From: Eledone cirrhosa
Taxonomy: Eukaryota
DNA: 64,000 bases
Assembly: GCA_964016885.1 (NCBI GenBank)
Contig: OZ024741.1
Location: forward strand, 367,164,001-367,228,000
Direction: 5' to 3'
The position numbers and the translations under genes are program-made. Of this stretch, positions 13,601 through 23,719 are shown one piece after another. The notes beneath the pieces are model-generated. The model did not search any database. It was given only the letters and a program-made list of their open reading frames with translations, and had not been told where the DNA came from. Positions within the stretch are counted from its first letter, which is position 1; every line of letters starts with the position of its first letter.

Positions 13601-16600
13601 TATATATATATATATATATATGTCATTACCCTAGCCTCAGGTCAACTCAAGCCTTGTGAATGAAATTGAATCAACAAAAACAAAGATGAAGTCTATCAGT
13701 TAGATTGTATCTGTAATTCACAGGCCCAACCTTGTCACATTTTGTTATGCTGATTCTGCCTGAAAATTACGTTAATGGTGCACATGTCTAAGGAATACTC
13801 AACTACTTATATGTTTATTCATGAGTTGGATATTCAGTTGGTTGAATAACTGAATGTTGATTATGGAAACCAATGAAGACCCACCGTTAGAAGATAATTA
13901 CAGCTAGGTAAACACCAATGAAATTCAATCTGTAGCTCTGAAGGAAAACTGACTGAAGCCCTAACCACCAGCTGAGGATGGAATATACTATCTGATCAGT
14001 CAGCCTTTTAAGCCAATTACTTCTCACAAAAGGAAGATAACCTACTGAGAAAGGAGGATACAATCTGCCAGTCACAGTTCCTGGCAGAAGAGTCATTGCT
14101 TTTCCAGTGGAAAAAAAAGCAGGATTTCAACTGTGTACAGAACCAGAGCAGGTACCACAAATCATCACATTCAACTCTTTAACAATTCCACCAATCCACT
14201 GCTCCTGTATTGGTATTTGACTCATCAAACTATTCCCAAAATGGATGAAAAGCAATATTGAACTTGGTAGGATTTGAACTCAGAGCACAGGGGGTTGGAA
14301 CAAATGCCAACACAATTAAATTGATGGTTTAAATACTCTGCTAATTCACCACCTCTCATTGTTCAACTCATACCAGTATGGAAACCAGGATAGATGATAA
14401 CAAACTTTTGTAAACCCTTTCATTACAATATTTCTAATGAACAACGCTGCCTATGATTTCTAAATAGTTTTTTAAATAATCATGAATTTTCTGGGATTTT
14501 GTCATATAACTAACTTTCTCATTATTAAGCTGGTGTCATCATCATCACCGTTTTACGTCCATTCTTCCACGCTAGCATGGGTTAGACAGGTTGTCCTGTT
14601 GTGGGCAATGCCAGGTCAGGTAACCATGTCTTGCTCATACGAAACTGATTTTGGCTCAGTTTCTACAGCTGGATGCCCTTCCTAACACCAACCTCATTTA
14701 AAGTGAGTACTGGGTGCTTTTTTACCGTGGTGCCTACACGTATGGAACATAACATAGATTATCTCATATAATTATGATGAACATTTTTTAGATAAGAAGC
14801 ATAGAAAATGGACATAAAAAAAGATGATAATAAAGACTTTCAAATAAGAAGCCTTGTATCATAGAAGCAGATGTGGAGAGGCAGCAGGGGTAGGTGGTTT
14901 GATATCAAACGTGTTAGATGACATTATGTGGTGAATTGGCAGTATCGGTAGAGGGTTGGACGCCATGCTTTCTAGCATAGTTACGTCCCTTTACAGTCTG
15001 AGTTCAAATCCTGCCGAGGTTAACTTTGCCTTTCATCCTTATGGGGTCGATAAAATAAAGCACCAGTAATGTACTGGGTATTTTGCTGGCCTTGTGCCTA
15101 AAGTAGAAACAATTATGTATAGCAAGGGCAAATATCTCATCTTTGTAAAATATTATCAGATAACATGGATAAATAGCATCTTGTCTTGTTGACATTAACG
15201 GATCATTTTACAAAATACACTTTAAAAAACAAAAACAAAAGAAAAACACATCCAAACGGAATTAATTTAATTACAGAAAAAGACAAGCAAACCTTAATTA
15301 AGCAATGTCAATTATTCTCCCACCTTCATTGCCATCCTCCTGCACCACCCAACATGACAAAACCACTAATTGAACTTAATTGTTCTTTCAATGTTGTTTC
15401 AGTTTTATTTGTTTGTTATTTTTTTTTATAGATAATCATCATCATCATTTTCACATCCATTTAGTTAATCCCTATGTTAGCATGGGCTGGATGAGACTTT
15501 TTTCAGGGAAGAGTTTTTCAGCCACAAGCCTTTCCTGACTCCAACCATCACTTTCCCATGCATTCTGGATTTGGCATGGTTTCTACAGTTAGATGCCCTT
15601 CCGAACACCAATCACTTCACAGAATGTACTGGGTGTATTTTATCCAGGCACCAGCACTACCACTTTACAAAATAGGTGATGTGCATTTTATTGTTGCACT
15701 AGCACTTCACAAAGAGAAGAGGGCTGGGTGCATTTTATCATGGCACCTATAGTACTACCTTACACAGTGGACTGGGTGTATTTAATCATGGCACCAACAC
15801 CACAGTAAAAATAAATTAAAAAACAACAACAAACAAATAAATAAATAACCAGAAAACAGCAGAACTTACGAGTTGATCCACTCAGAAAAGGCAACTTGTT
15901 CAGCAGTGCGTACAGAATGAGTGGTTCCTTCGCTGGAAGCTGTTGTCCGACCCCCATGTGTACAGATACCTTCTCGACGCTGTACTTGTTTTTTAAACTG
16001 AATTCCAAGATCTTTATTTTTTTTCAAATCGAGATATAACTAGGAAAAGGAAAAATAAAACTGAATAGAATAAAATAGAATTTAAAAGTGATAAAATACG
16101 TACAAGATTTGACTTGAAAAAAATGTACTGGGTTCATATATGAATGTATGGTTCCTGATAGAGCCATAGGGGTGCCGCATTGACATACAGAGTTTCTTGG
16201 GCATTTTAAGCCTGGCGGAGCCCATCCCTCTCCAGGCCTGAGTACAGCCCATCCCTCTCCAGGCCTGAGTACAGCAGATTTCTTCCAAAGAAAGATAGAA
16301 AGTGAGAACAAGATATAGAGGAAGAATTGACCACAATACTAGACTGGTAATTTTTTTATTGACCTCAAAAGGATGAAAGGCAAAATTGACCTCAACGGGA
16401 CTTGAACTTAGAAAGCATAGCCGGAACAAATACCATAAAGCATTATATCCAATGTTCTAACGACTGCCAATTTGCCGCCTATACTGGACTCATAGGATCA
16501 ACTAAATCCCCTCAAAGCAATGCTGCAGTATGGTTGCAGTCAAATGACTGAAACCAATAAGAGAATTTAAAGCTCCTAGGGTGTACTATTTTACAGCCCG

Positions 16601-17125
16601 CACTAGGAGGGGAGTGGGAAGATGAAATAATAGAACTGCTGAAGTGGAAAATCTATATTATAATAACTAGCTATTTTTGTCCATCTAAAGTATTATTTGC
16701 CAGCAGAGTTCTCTTGTTCTTATATGTATATCATCATTATAGTTAAACGTCCATTTTCCATGCTAACATGGGTTAAACCAGTTGTCCCATTGTGAGACAA
16801 GTCAGATCAAGTGACTGTCTTGTGATCAGGGTGACTTACTCATATATAGTTGGAAAAAAGGGATAAAGTTCCATACAAATCTAAGGTTATAAGTGAAAAG
16901 TGAAAGTGAAAAAGCACAGGTATATTTCAAGATTATTTTTCTCCTTAATCCGACAAAATTATTATTTTTATAATTGTTATATTAAATGGGTTTAAATTTT
17001 ATCAAATAATACCGATTTCAATTGGTATGTCAATCTTATCAAATATTAAAGAAGTTTGTTCTCATATTCTGTGGGAAGTAAGAACATATATATATACTGT
17101 AAAATGACTACTACTATATATATAC

Positions 17126-17176
<51 letters not shown>

Positions 17177-17594
17177 GTGTGTGTGTGTGTAAAAGGTAAA
17201 CAGAAATAACAACATAATCGGTACAGTATATGGAAGGAATATATTAGGTTAATGCTTGAAATAGCAGGAAGAGGGTCTTAAAGTTTCGGACACTAGTCCT
17301 TCATCAGAAGAAAGAATGAAAAATTAGAAAGATACACACACATACATAAATGTATACATCGGCTGATTAGCCTAATTTGCAAACCAAGCAATTTTACGGC
17401 TGATAATGTGACTGTATCTGACAATGTTGACAATATTATGGACATTGGAACTTTGTTGTTCCAAATAAACTGTAGTGGCCATATTAGAAAATATGAGAAG
17501 ATTCTAATATAGAAATTGAAACTGGAAAGTTGTCATGTCTTCAGCAACACATATATATAAAAGAGCTATTTTTCATATATACAACTATACATAT

Positions 17595-17687
<93 letters not shown>

Positions 17688-18212
17688 TATATATATATAT
17701 ATACACACACACACATATATATATATATATACACACACACACATATATATATATATACACACACACACATATATATATATATACACACATATATATATAC
17801 ATATACACACACACACACATATATATACATATACACACACACACATATATATATATACACACACACACACATATATATATACATATACACACACACACAT
17901 ATATATATACATATACACACACACACATATATATATATACATATACACACACACACATATATATATATACATATACACACACACACATATATATATACAT
18001 ATATACACACACACACATATATATATACATATATACACACACACACATATATATATATACATATATACACACACACACATATATATATATACATATATAC
18101 ACACACACACACATATATATATATACATATATACACACACACACATATATATATATACATATATACACACACACACATATATATATATACATATATACAC
18201 ACACACATATAT

Positions 18213-18277
<65 letters not shown>

Positions 18278-18282
18278 CATAT

Positions 18283-18317
<35 letters not shown>

Positions 18318-18322
18318 CATAT

Positions 18323-18367
<45 letters not shown>

Positions 18368-18739
18368 ACCCTTGCAAGCAGGGAAGAGCGGACGTAAAAT
18401 GATGATGATGATATGTATATCATCATCATTTTTACGTCCGCTTTTCCCTGCTTGCAAGGGTGGGACGGGAACTGATTCTGGCTTGATTTCTACAGCTGGA
18501 TGCCCTTCCTAACACCAACCTCATTTACAGTGAGTGCTGGGTGCTTTTTTGCCGTGGCACCTCCACGACCACTTTGCAGTGGAATGATAGGGACCCCAGT
18601 CCCTATCATCTCATTTCTACAGCTGAGTAAACTGGAGCAATGTGAAATAAAGTGTCTTGCTCAAGGAAACAACACATCACCCGGTCTGAGAATTGAACTC
18701 ACAACCTTTCGATTGCAAGCTCAATGCTCTAACCACTAA

Positions 18740-18776
<37 letters not shown>

Positions 18777-19164
18777 TCATCATTGTCATCATTATTTCTA
18801 TGTTCACTTTTCCATGCTAGCATAGGTTGGATGGAATGTTTAAAGATAATGCTTTACAACCGAATGCCCTTCTCGATGCCAACCCTATTGGTCACTGCTT
18901 ACGACTTGCAAAGATATGATGTACCTATTCTAAAAACTTTGGTGAAGAAACCAAATATTTATTCTGTCCATAAAACAATGTGTTATTATGAAAGAATGAG
19001 ATACTCACCATCTGAAATTCATCAAGGGATAGCTGTTGATCCTCGCCATTATCAAAGTTAGCAATCAAATCCCGGATTTCATAGCCTGCAAGTTTAATAT
19101 TAAGTTGTTCAAGAGCAACATAAAGTTCTGCTGCTGAGATGTTTCCACTAGAGTCTTGATCAAT
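1469..19164 (-). CDS. PLS3: Plastin/fimbrin (EF-hand + calponin-homology actin-bundling protein), partial multi-exon gene; 7 coding exons found, 1102 nt spliced; start exon and C-terminal exons not located
   Basis: Exons 19164-19009, 16039-15870, 13122-13027, 9308-9101, 4839-4654, 3395-3321 and 1679-1469 join in frame with AG/GT boundaries. Peptides match plastin hallmarks recalled from human plastins and Drosophila fimbrin: [90 protein letters not shown]. The symbol gives the closest vertebrate family member; paralog identity is not resolvable. Confidence 0.95.
2410..2731 (+). mobile_element. tRNA-derived SINE with CORE-like central domain and RTE-LINE-derived 3' tail ending in (GAT)n
   Basis: A box TGGCTTAGTGG, B box GTTCAATTC, core TTGAGCAAGGCACTT...CAGCTGTAAAAATG; the tail from ~2590 matches the LINE 3' UTR at 7470-7553; near-identical copies elsewhere in the window. 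Confidence 0.9.
2920..3110 (+). mobile_element. 3' fragment of a CRE-like (restriction-like endonuclease) non-LTR retrotransposon
   Basis: GC-rich island. Hand translation [18 protein letters not shown] ... [17 protein letters not shown] resembles the CRE C-terminus pattern ETxGxxGP..FL..xG...QRLSLAIxRGNAxxIL; frameshifted. Confidence 0.55.
3321..3395 (-). CDS. PLS3: Plastin exon (CH2): [25 protein letters not shown]
   Basis: 75 nt, phase 0/0; acceptor tatttcccag, donor gtaagt; DS.AY..LL.QIAP motif. Confidence 0.92.
3525..3859. repeat. 24-bp minisatellite (GCAACATTTCAAAGCTACTATGTA), ~14 copies, more degenerate at the left end
   Basis: Direct reading; explains the 8-aa periodic ORFs at 3428-3903. 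Confidence 0.92.
4273..4587 (-). mobile_element. 3' fragment of a CRE-like non-LTR retrotransposon, inserted in a degenerate SINE
   Basis: Minus-strand peptide [37 protein letters not shown] resembles the CRE C-terminal WLFQRLSLAI.RGNA.SIL motif; flanked by SINE head (4586-4610) and SINE core (4200-4240). Confidence 0.6.
4654..4839 (-). CDS. PLS3: Plastin exon (CH1/CH2): [62 protein letters not shown]
   Basis: 186 nt, phase 0/0; acceptor cattttctag, donor gtttgt; overlaps ORF 4408..4785. Confidence 0.93.
5385..7658 (+). mobile_element. RTE-clade LINE, 5'-truncated and inactivated (reverse transcriptase pseudogene plus 3' UTR and (GAT)n tail)
   Basis: ORF pieces 5286..5591, 5706..5981, 5888..6451 ([39 protein letters not shown]), 6455..6685 ([22 protein letters not shown]) and 6985..7359 ([11 protein letters not shown]); stops and frameshifts between them. 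Confidence 0.93.
9101..9308 (-). CDS. PLS3: Plastin exon (CH1): [69 protein letters not shown]
   Basis: 208 nt, phase 2/0; acceptor tctatttcag, donor gtaagt; overlaps ORF 8969..9220. Confidence 0.95.
11646..12006. repeat. 51-bp minisatellite, ~7 copies
   Basis: Unit AGTTTAAATCCTGTTGTAGTCCACTTGGGTGGTAAACTTAATCTGTCACCC; explains the 17-aa periodic ORF 11719..12129. Confidence 0.92.
12222..12437. mobile_element. ~215-bp MITE with TTAA-CCCTTTAGCATT termini (piggyBac-like, non-autonomous)
   Basis: TIRs ttaaccctttagcattta ... taaatgctaaagagttaa; family copies at 22186-22415, 33329-33540 and 23585-28606. Confidence 0.8.
12540..12845 (-). mobile_element. Older tRNA-derived SINE (third family, CORE-like domain)
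   Basis: Contains aataaagtgtcttgctcaagg and gtaagtggctgagcatt, shared with 9530-9660, 33000-33300 and 44119-44365. Confidence 0.65.
13027..13122 (-). CDS. PLS3: Plastin exon (CH1): [31 protein letters not shown](C)
   Basis: 96 nt, phase 2/2; acceptor cttttccag, donor gtgagt; DGILLC motif. Confidence 0.93.
14536..14740 (-). mobile_element. RTE LINE 3'-UTR fragment
   Basis: Reverse complement of 7455-7657 including the (CAT)n tail. Confidence 0.75.
14928..15116 (+). mobile_element. tRNA-derived SINE with Nin/Deu-like domain
   Basis: TGGCAGTATCGGTAGAG A-box-like head, GAGTTCAAATCC B box, GCCTTTCATCCTTATGGGGTCGATAAAAT (Nin/Deu-like), 3' end AGTAGAAACAATTAT. Confidence 0.85.
15870..16039 (-). 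CDS. PLS3: Plastin exon (linker/CH1 start): [56 protein letters not shown]
   Basis: 170 nt, phase 0/2; acceptor cttttcctag, donor gtaagt; frame not shown in the ORF track, translated by hand. Confidence 0.93.
17276..17311 (-). ncRNA. Minimal type I hammerhead ribozyme-like motif (probably decayed)
   Basis: Minus strand TCTT-CTGATGA-A-GGAC-TAGT-GTCC-GAAA-CTT-T-AAGA: stem I TCTT/AAGA, stem II GGAC/GTCC; the stem-III region reads ACTT where a palindromic ACGT would be expected. Confidence 0.65.
17545..18363. repeat. Compound (TA)n(CA)n microsatellite, ~0.8 kb
   Basis: Direct reading; ORFs here are low-complexity artefacts. Confidence 0.97.
18419..18742 (-). mobile_element. CORE-type SINE with RTE tail (same family as 2410-2731)
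   Basis: Reverse complement matches 2410-2731 and 56481-56816. Confidence 0.9.
19009..19164 (-). CDS. PLS3: Plastin exon (EF-hands): [52 protein letters not shown]
   Basis: 156 nt, phase 0/0; acceptor tctttttcag, donor gtgagt; canonical EF loop [12 protein letters not shown]. Confidence 0.93.
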
Positions 19165-19356
19165 CTGAAAAAGAGACAAGATAAGAAATATCACTATCTA
19201 TCCAGAAACACACACTAATTATGATTTATGAAGCTACATATGGTAGCTTACTTGTATTAGTACTTGTATTGGCATTCACTTGGGTAGCTTGAACTACAGC
19301 ATCACAAACAAAGGTTGCCCTGCATGGCATTCATAGGCATCATCCTCCTCCTCCTC

Positions 19357-19573
19357 ATCATCATCATTTTAAGTCCGCTTTTCCCCGCTTGCAAGGGTGG
19401 GATGGGAACTGATTCTGGTTTGATTTCTACAGCTGGATGCCCTTCCTAACACCAACCTCATTTACAGTGAGTGCTGGGTGCTTTTTTTTCCATGGCGCCT
19501 ATACGTCCACTTTACTCACAACCTTTAGATTGCAAGAATGCAAGAATGCTCTAACCACTAAGCCATGTGCCTC
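19357..19573 (-). mobile_element. Internally deleted copy of the CORE-type SINE
   Basis: Tail 19357-19515 joined directly to head 19515-19573 (ctctaaccactaagccatgtgcctcc). Confidence 0.7.
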
Positions 19574-21113
19574 CTGCATCAAACACGAATATTGTCAGCC
19601 AGTATAATGTCAACAGAAGACACCATGTATGTAATATGACCAGATATTAGTTCAAGATCCAAATTAATTGTACCAATCAATTTATGAAGCTATGTATGGT
19701 AGCTTACTTGAGCTTGTAACTCAAGATGAGTTGAGCTGGCTCTAACTAGTGAATCCAATCATGAACAGAAGCCATCCATGCATGACAATCATAGATATCT
19801 AATGCAAATATTGGTTTCTGATTTAGGCATAAGGCCAACAATTTGGGGGAAGGGGAAAATCAATTAAATCGACCCAGTACATGATTGTAAGGATGTAAGG
19901 CAAAGCTAACCTCAACAGGATTTGATGAAAGGCAAAGCTAACCTCAACAGGATTTGATGAAAGGCAAAGCTAACCTCAACAGGATTTGAACATTGTGCCA
20001 AACCAAGTTTTCAGCAGTCTGCTTTAGCATACCATCTCAGGAATGGTTCTGGCTTGATTGCATTGCAAATGAGCACACCCCATGGAAATGGAGGTGTGTG
20101 TGGGGGGGGGGGGGGGGGGGTAGAGTGATCAAGCCAATGGAGACAGCTTCTGAGTTGTAGGAGCAAATCAAACTGGCACTAATGACAAATTTCAGAATTT
20201 GGTACAAAATCTAATGCTTGAATATGAGAAATTCAACAGAGAAAAATGGTCAAAAGCTTCCATCATATATAAATCTGGCACTCTCATTGACCACACCTTG
20301 CAGTCATATAGAAAATTGGTCTGAATAAGCACTCAATAGATGCAGTTTTTGTGACCCAATGGACTTCTGACCTGATGCAGTTTTTGTGACCCAATGGACT
20401 TCTGACCTAAACTAGATGACAATGTAAGCAGAGTTGATGCAGACGTCAGTCCTATCTTTACATTAGCCTGTGAAAGTGAAGGTAGTGCTGAGATTCTTGA
20501 TTTGATCATGTACATATAGTATCATAAACATCATTAATAATAAGCACCTGGGTTGATCTGATAGACTGAATCCCTTCAAAGCAGTTCCCCAGCATGGTCA
20601 CAGTCTAATGACTGAAACCAGTAAAGGAATAAAAGAAGACACATCCATAAGAATATAAGCTAAAAGAGATTAGGTTTAATCCTTCTTTGGCTACTTATTC
20701 CTGAGGTTTAACCCTTTCATTGAAATATTTCTAATGAAAGTCACTGCCTATGATTTTCAAATAATTTTGAAAATAAGCAAGAATTTAGAGGGATTTAGGA
20801 ATGTAACTTTCTCGTTATTAAGCTGACGTTTGGGATATAATTTAAAAAAGGTTCTTAAATAAAATTAATATGGAATATTTTTAGATAAAGATGCATATGT
20901 ATGATGAAGTTGAGTGAAGAAGCGCCAAGAAATTTCAGTGGAAGAAAGCCATGGTAGAGGAAGACTGATGAAAACATAGGTAGAAATGGTGAGAGCTGAA
21001 CTCAAAATGCTGAACCTCAGAGAGGAGACAAAGAAACACTGTAAATAGGGAACTTGTGTAGGAGAAGATCCCTCCAACCGAGGCAAACAAAGTAAAAAAA
21101 AACGTTTGTAAAA

Positions 21114-21206
21114 TAATTGTTTCTACTTTTGGCACAATACTCAGTGCATTACTGGTACTTTATTTCATCGACCCCCCCCCCCCCCCCCGTAAGGATGAAA
21201 GGCAAA
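21114..21206 (-). mobile_element. 5'-truncated Nin/Deu-type SINE with ~20-bp target-site duplication
   Basis: aaaaacgtttgtaaaataat at 21098-21117 and 21204-21223; internal poly-C expansion. Confidence 0.8.
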
Positions 21207-22047
21207 AACGTTTGTAAAATAATGCTGATAAACACTTTAAAACAAACAGTTTATATCATAGATTGGTGGGTGGTTGGGGGGTATAAAAAGGGCTAACAGT
21301 CAACACACAGAGTCACTGCTGTTTTTATTGAGAGGTCAGAGATATTTATATATACACTCCCTTCTCCCTCTTATAGAAGTTGATATACAATTGAAGCAAT
21401 TCATCATTTAGTCTCAGATCACAGGAAACTGTTCCTCAGGATGTGACCTAAATAGATACATTATCATTTTGATAGTTATCTATGTAGGGGATGAGGAAAT
21501 TAACTATGGGTACATAGGAACATCCAGGGTTATTCCTAAACTAATCCATGAGAAACGTGCAACTTTCCACATTTTCTTTTTCTGACAGTCATTCTATGTA
21601 TGATAATCCTTTCAATACCTAACTCTACAAACTGCCTAGGTTCAATGACACAAACCTGTTAGTTTTAAAGTGTTTATATTCACACACACAGACACACACA
21701 CACGCACACAAGGACCCTTCAGTTGTGCCATGGTATGGCAACCTCTTTAGTGTTGGTGATCTACATGATAAATGCACCCAGAACACGCTGGAAAGTGATT
21801 AGTGATAGAAAGGGTATTCAGCCATAGAAAGTCTGCCAAACAAGGGTTGGAGGACTTTCCAGATGTGTCAAAGACATGAAAACTTCTCTTGTGCACTTGG
21901 TAGAATGTGAGACTGTATGTAAGGGAAATGCAGACCCCACCTCCCTTCAGCCTATCTGGGAGATCAGTAGTCCCACTTCAGTACTGACTTGGTCTATGTA
22001 GACTCATCCAACCCTTGCTAGCAGAGAAAGCAGATAATAAAATGTTG

Positions 22048-22086
<39 letters not shown>

Positions 22087-22185
22087 AAGACCCCTTTCAT
22101 CACGAATGACCATGGGCTTTGCACCATTTAGAAGTTTGCTTTGCAATCTTGTTGGACATTTGCTGACAGCATCAGCAAATGTCCT

Positions 22186-22415
22186 TTAACCCTTTAGCAT
22201 TTAAACCGGCCATATCCGGACAGAATTATCTCACCTATTTCTGTCCAAACTGGCCATAACCGGCTGCTCAGACTTCCATTAACGTATTGTTCTCAAAATA
22301 AATAATATCAAAATCTCATAGATTCAATATTATATGAGATAAAATTATATGAGATAAAGTGTTTACCATGAAAATACAATAGTAAATATAGTAATGTGAA
22401 TGCTAAAGGATTAAC
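22186..22415. mobile_element. TTAA-flanked MITE (same family as 12222-12437)
   Basis: ttaaccctttagcatttaaaccggcc ... gaatgctaaaggattaa. Confidence 0.8.
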
Positions 22416-23719
22416 TCAGTTGTAAAGCTGACAAAAGCCTTGAGAGTGGAATTTAGTAAATGGAAACAGTGTGCAAGTATAACATTATATAGGTCTGGCC
22501 ATGTAGTTAAGGAGTCTACTTTGCAACCACATGGTTTCAGGTTAATTCCCATTGTGTGGTACCTTGGGCAAGTGTCTTTTATAACCTCACAATGCTATGT
22601 GAGTGAAATTTAATAAACAGAAATAACAGAAGCACATTGTGTGTGTGTGGGTGAGAGAGAGAGAGTACATGTCTATATTTACTGTTTACTTATGCACCAT
22701 AACTAATTTGACAAAAAGTGATAAATAAATATGTATTATCAACTAAATCCCTTTAATGTGGTGCCCCAGTATGGTCACAGACTAATGATGAAAACCAGTA
22801 AAAGTATAAAAGAATATAAGTAAATAAGCCCTGCTCACAAACACAATGTTTAAATTTGCAGAATCTGGACCTCATATTATCTAAATATAATCATACAGAC
22901 ATACATGTGCATGTGTTTGTAGTTTTCACATCCATGCCTACACATACTACAAATAAATAGATACAAACTATTAAATGAAATTAGTATGACTGCATATCTT
23001 GTGTCTATTAGAAATTACATATATACATATACACACACATGTGTGTGTGTGTATATTATATATATATTTATTTATTTATACGTATATGTATGTGTTTGCA
23101 TGTGTGTGTGTGCATGTGTGTTTGCATGTGTGTGTGGGTGTCCATGTGTCAAAACTAAAGGCATTATTTTACACATAAACACTTACCTCCTATAGCCTTG
23201 AAGGAATTTTGAAGCACACCGAGAGAGTTTGATTAATACATGACATATGCACTAAAGACCACTGACATTCGAAGGAAAAAAACTAAGTTTAACTTTAGTC
23301 TTAACCCACTTTAAACAAAACATAATTGAATAGTTGTCTTCAACGTCTCTACTGTGCAATCATATGACATCATATACTGGTTTTGCCACATGCATTTACA
23401 GTCTGCCTTTATTTTAAGAGTGGTTAAGGTATTGGCCTTACGATAGCATGGATTAGATGGTAGGATGTGTTCTTCAAAACACTTCCTTTCACATTGCACC
23501 AATCAGCTTAGCTGAAAACTAGTACCAACATCACCAGCTGGGAGTTTATCCTGCAATGAACTGATGTCCTGTACTCTTATTTGTTTAACCCTTTATCATT
23601 TAAACCAACCATATCTGGCCATAATTTTCTCACCTCTTTCTGTTCAAACAGGTCATAATTGGCCACTCATACTGATGTAAAGGTATTGTTCTCAAAATAA
23701 ATATTATCAAAATCTCATT

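Noticed and set aside
23187-23260. Strong minus-strand donor (GAG/gtaagt) as candidate plastin start exon
   Set aside because: The phase-0 frame has TAG just before the donor; the alternative frame is phase 1 with an upstream stop. At most a non-coding exon.
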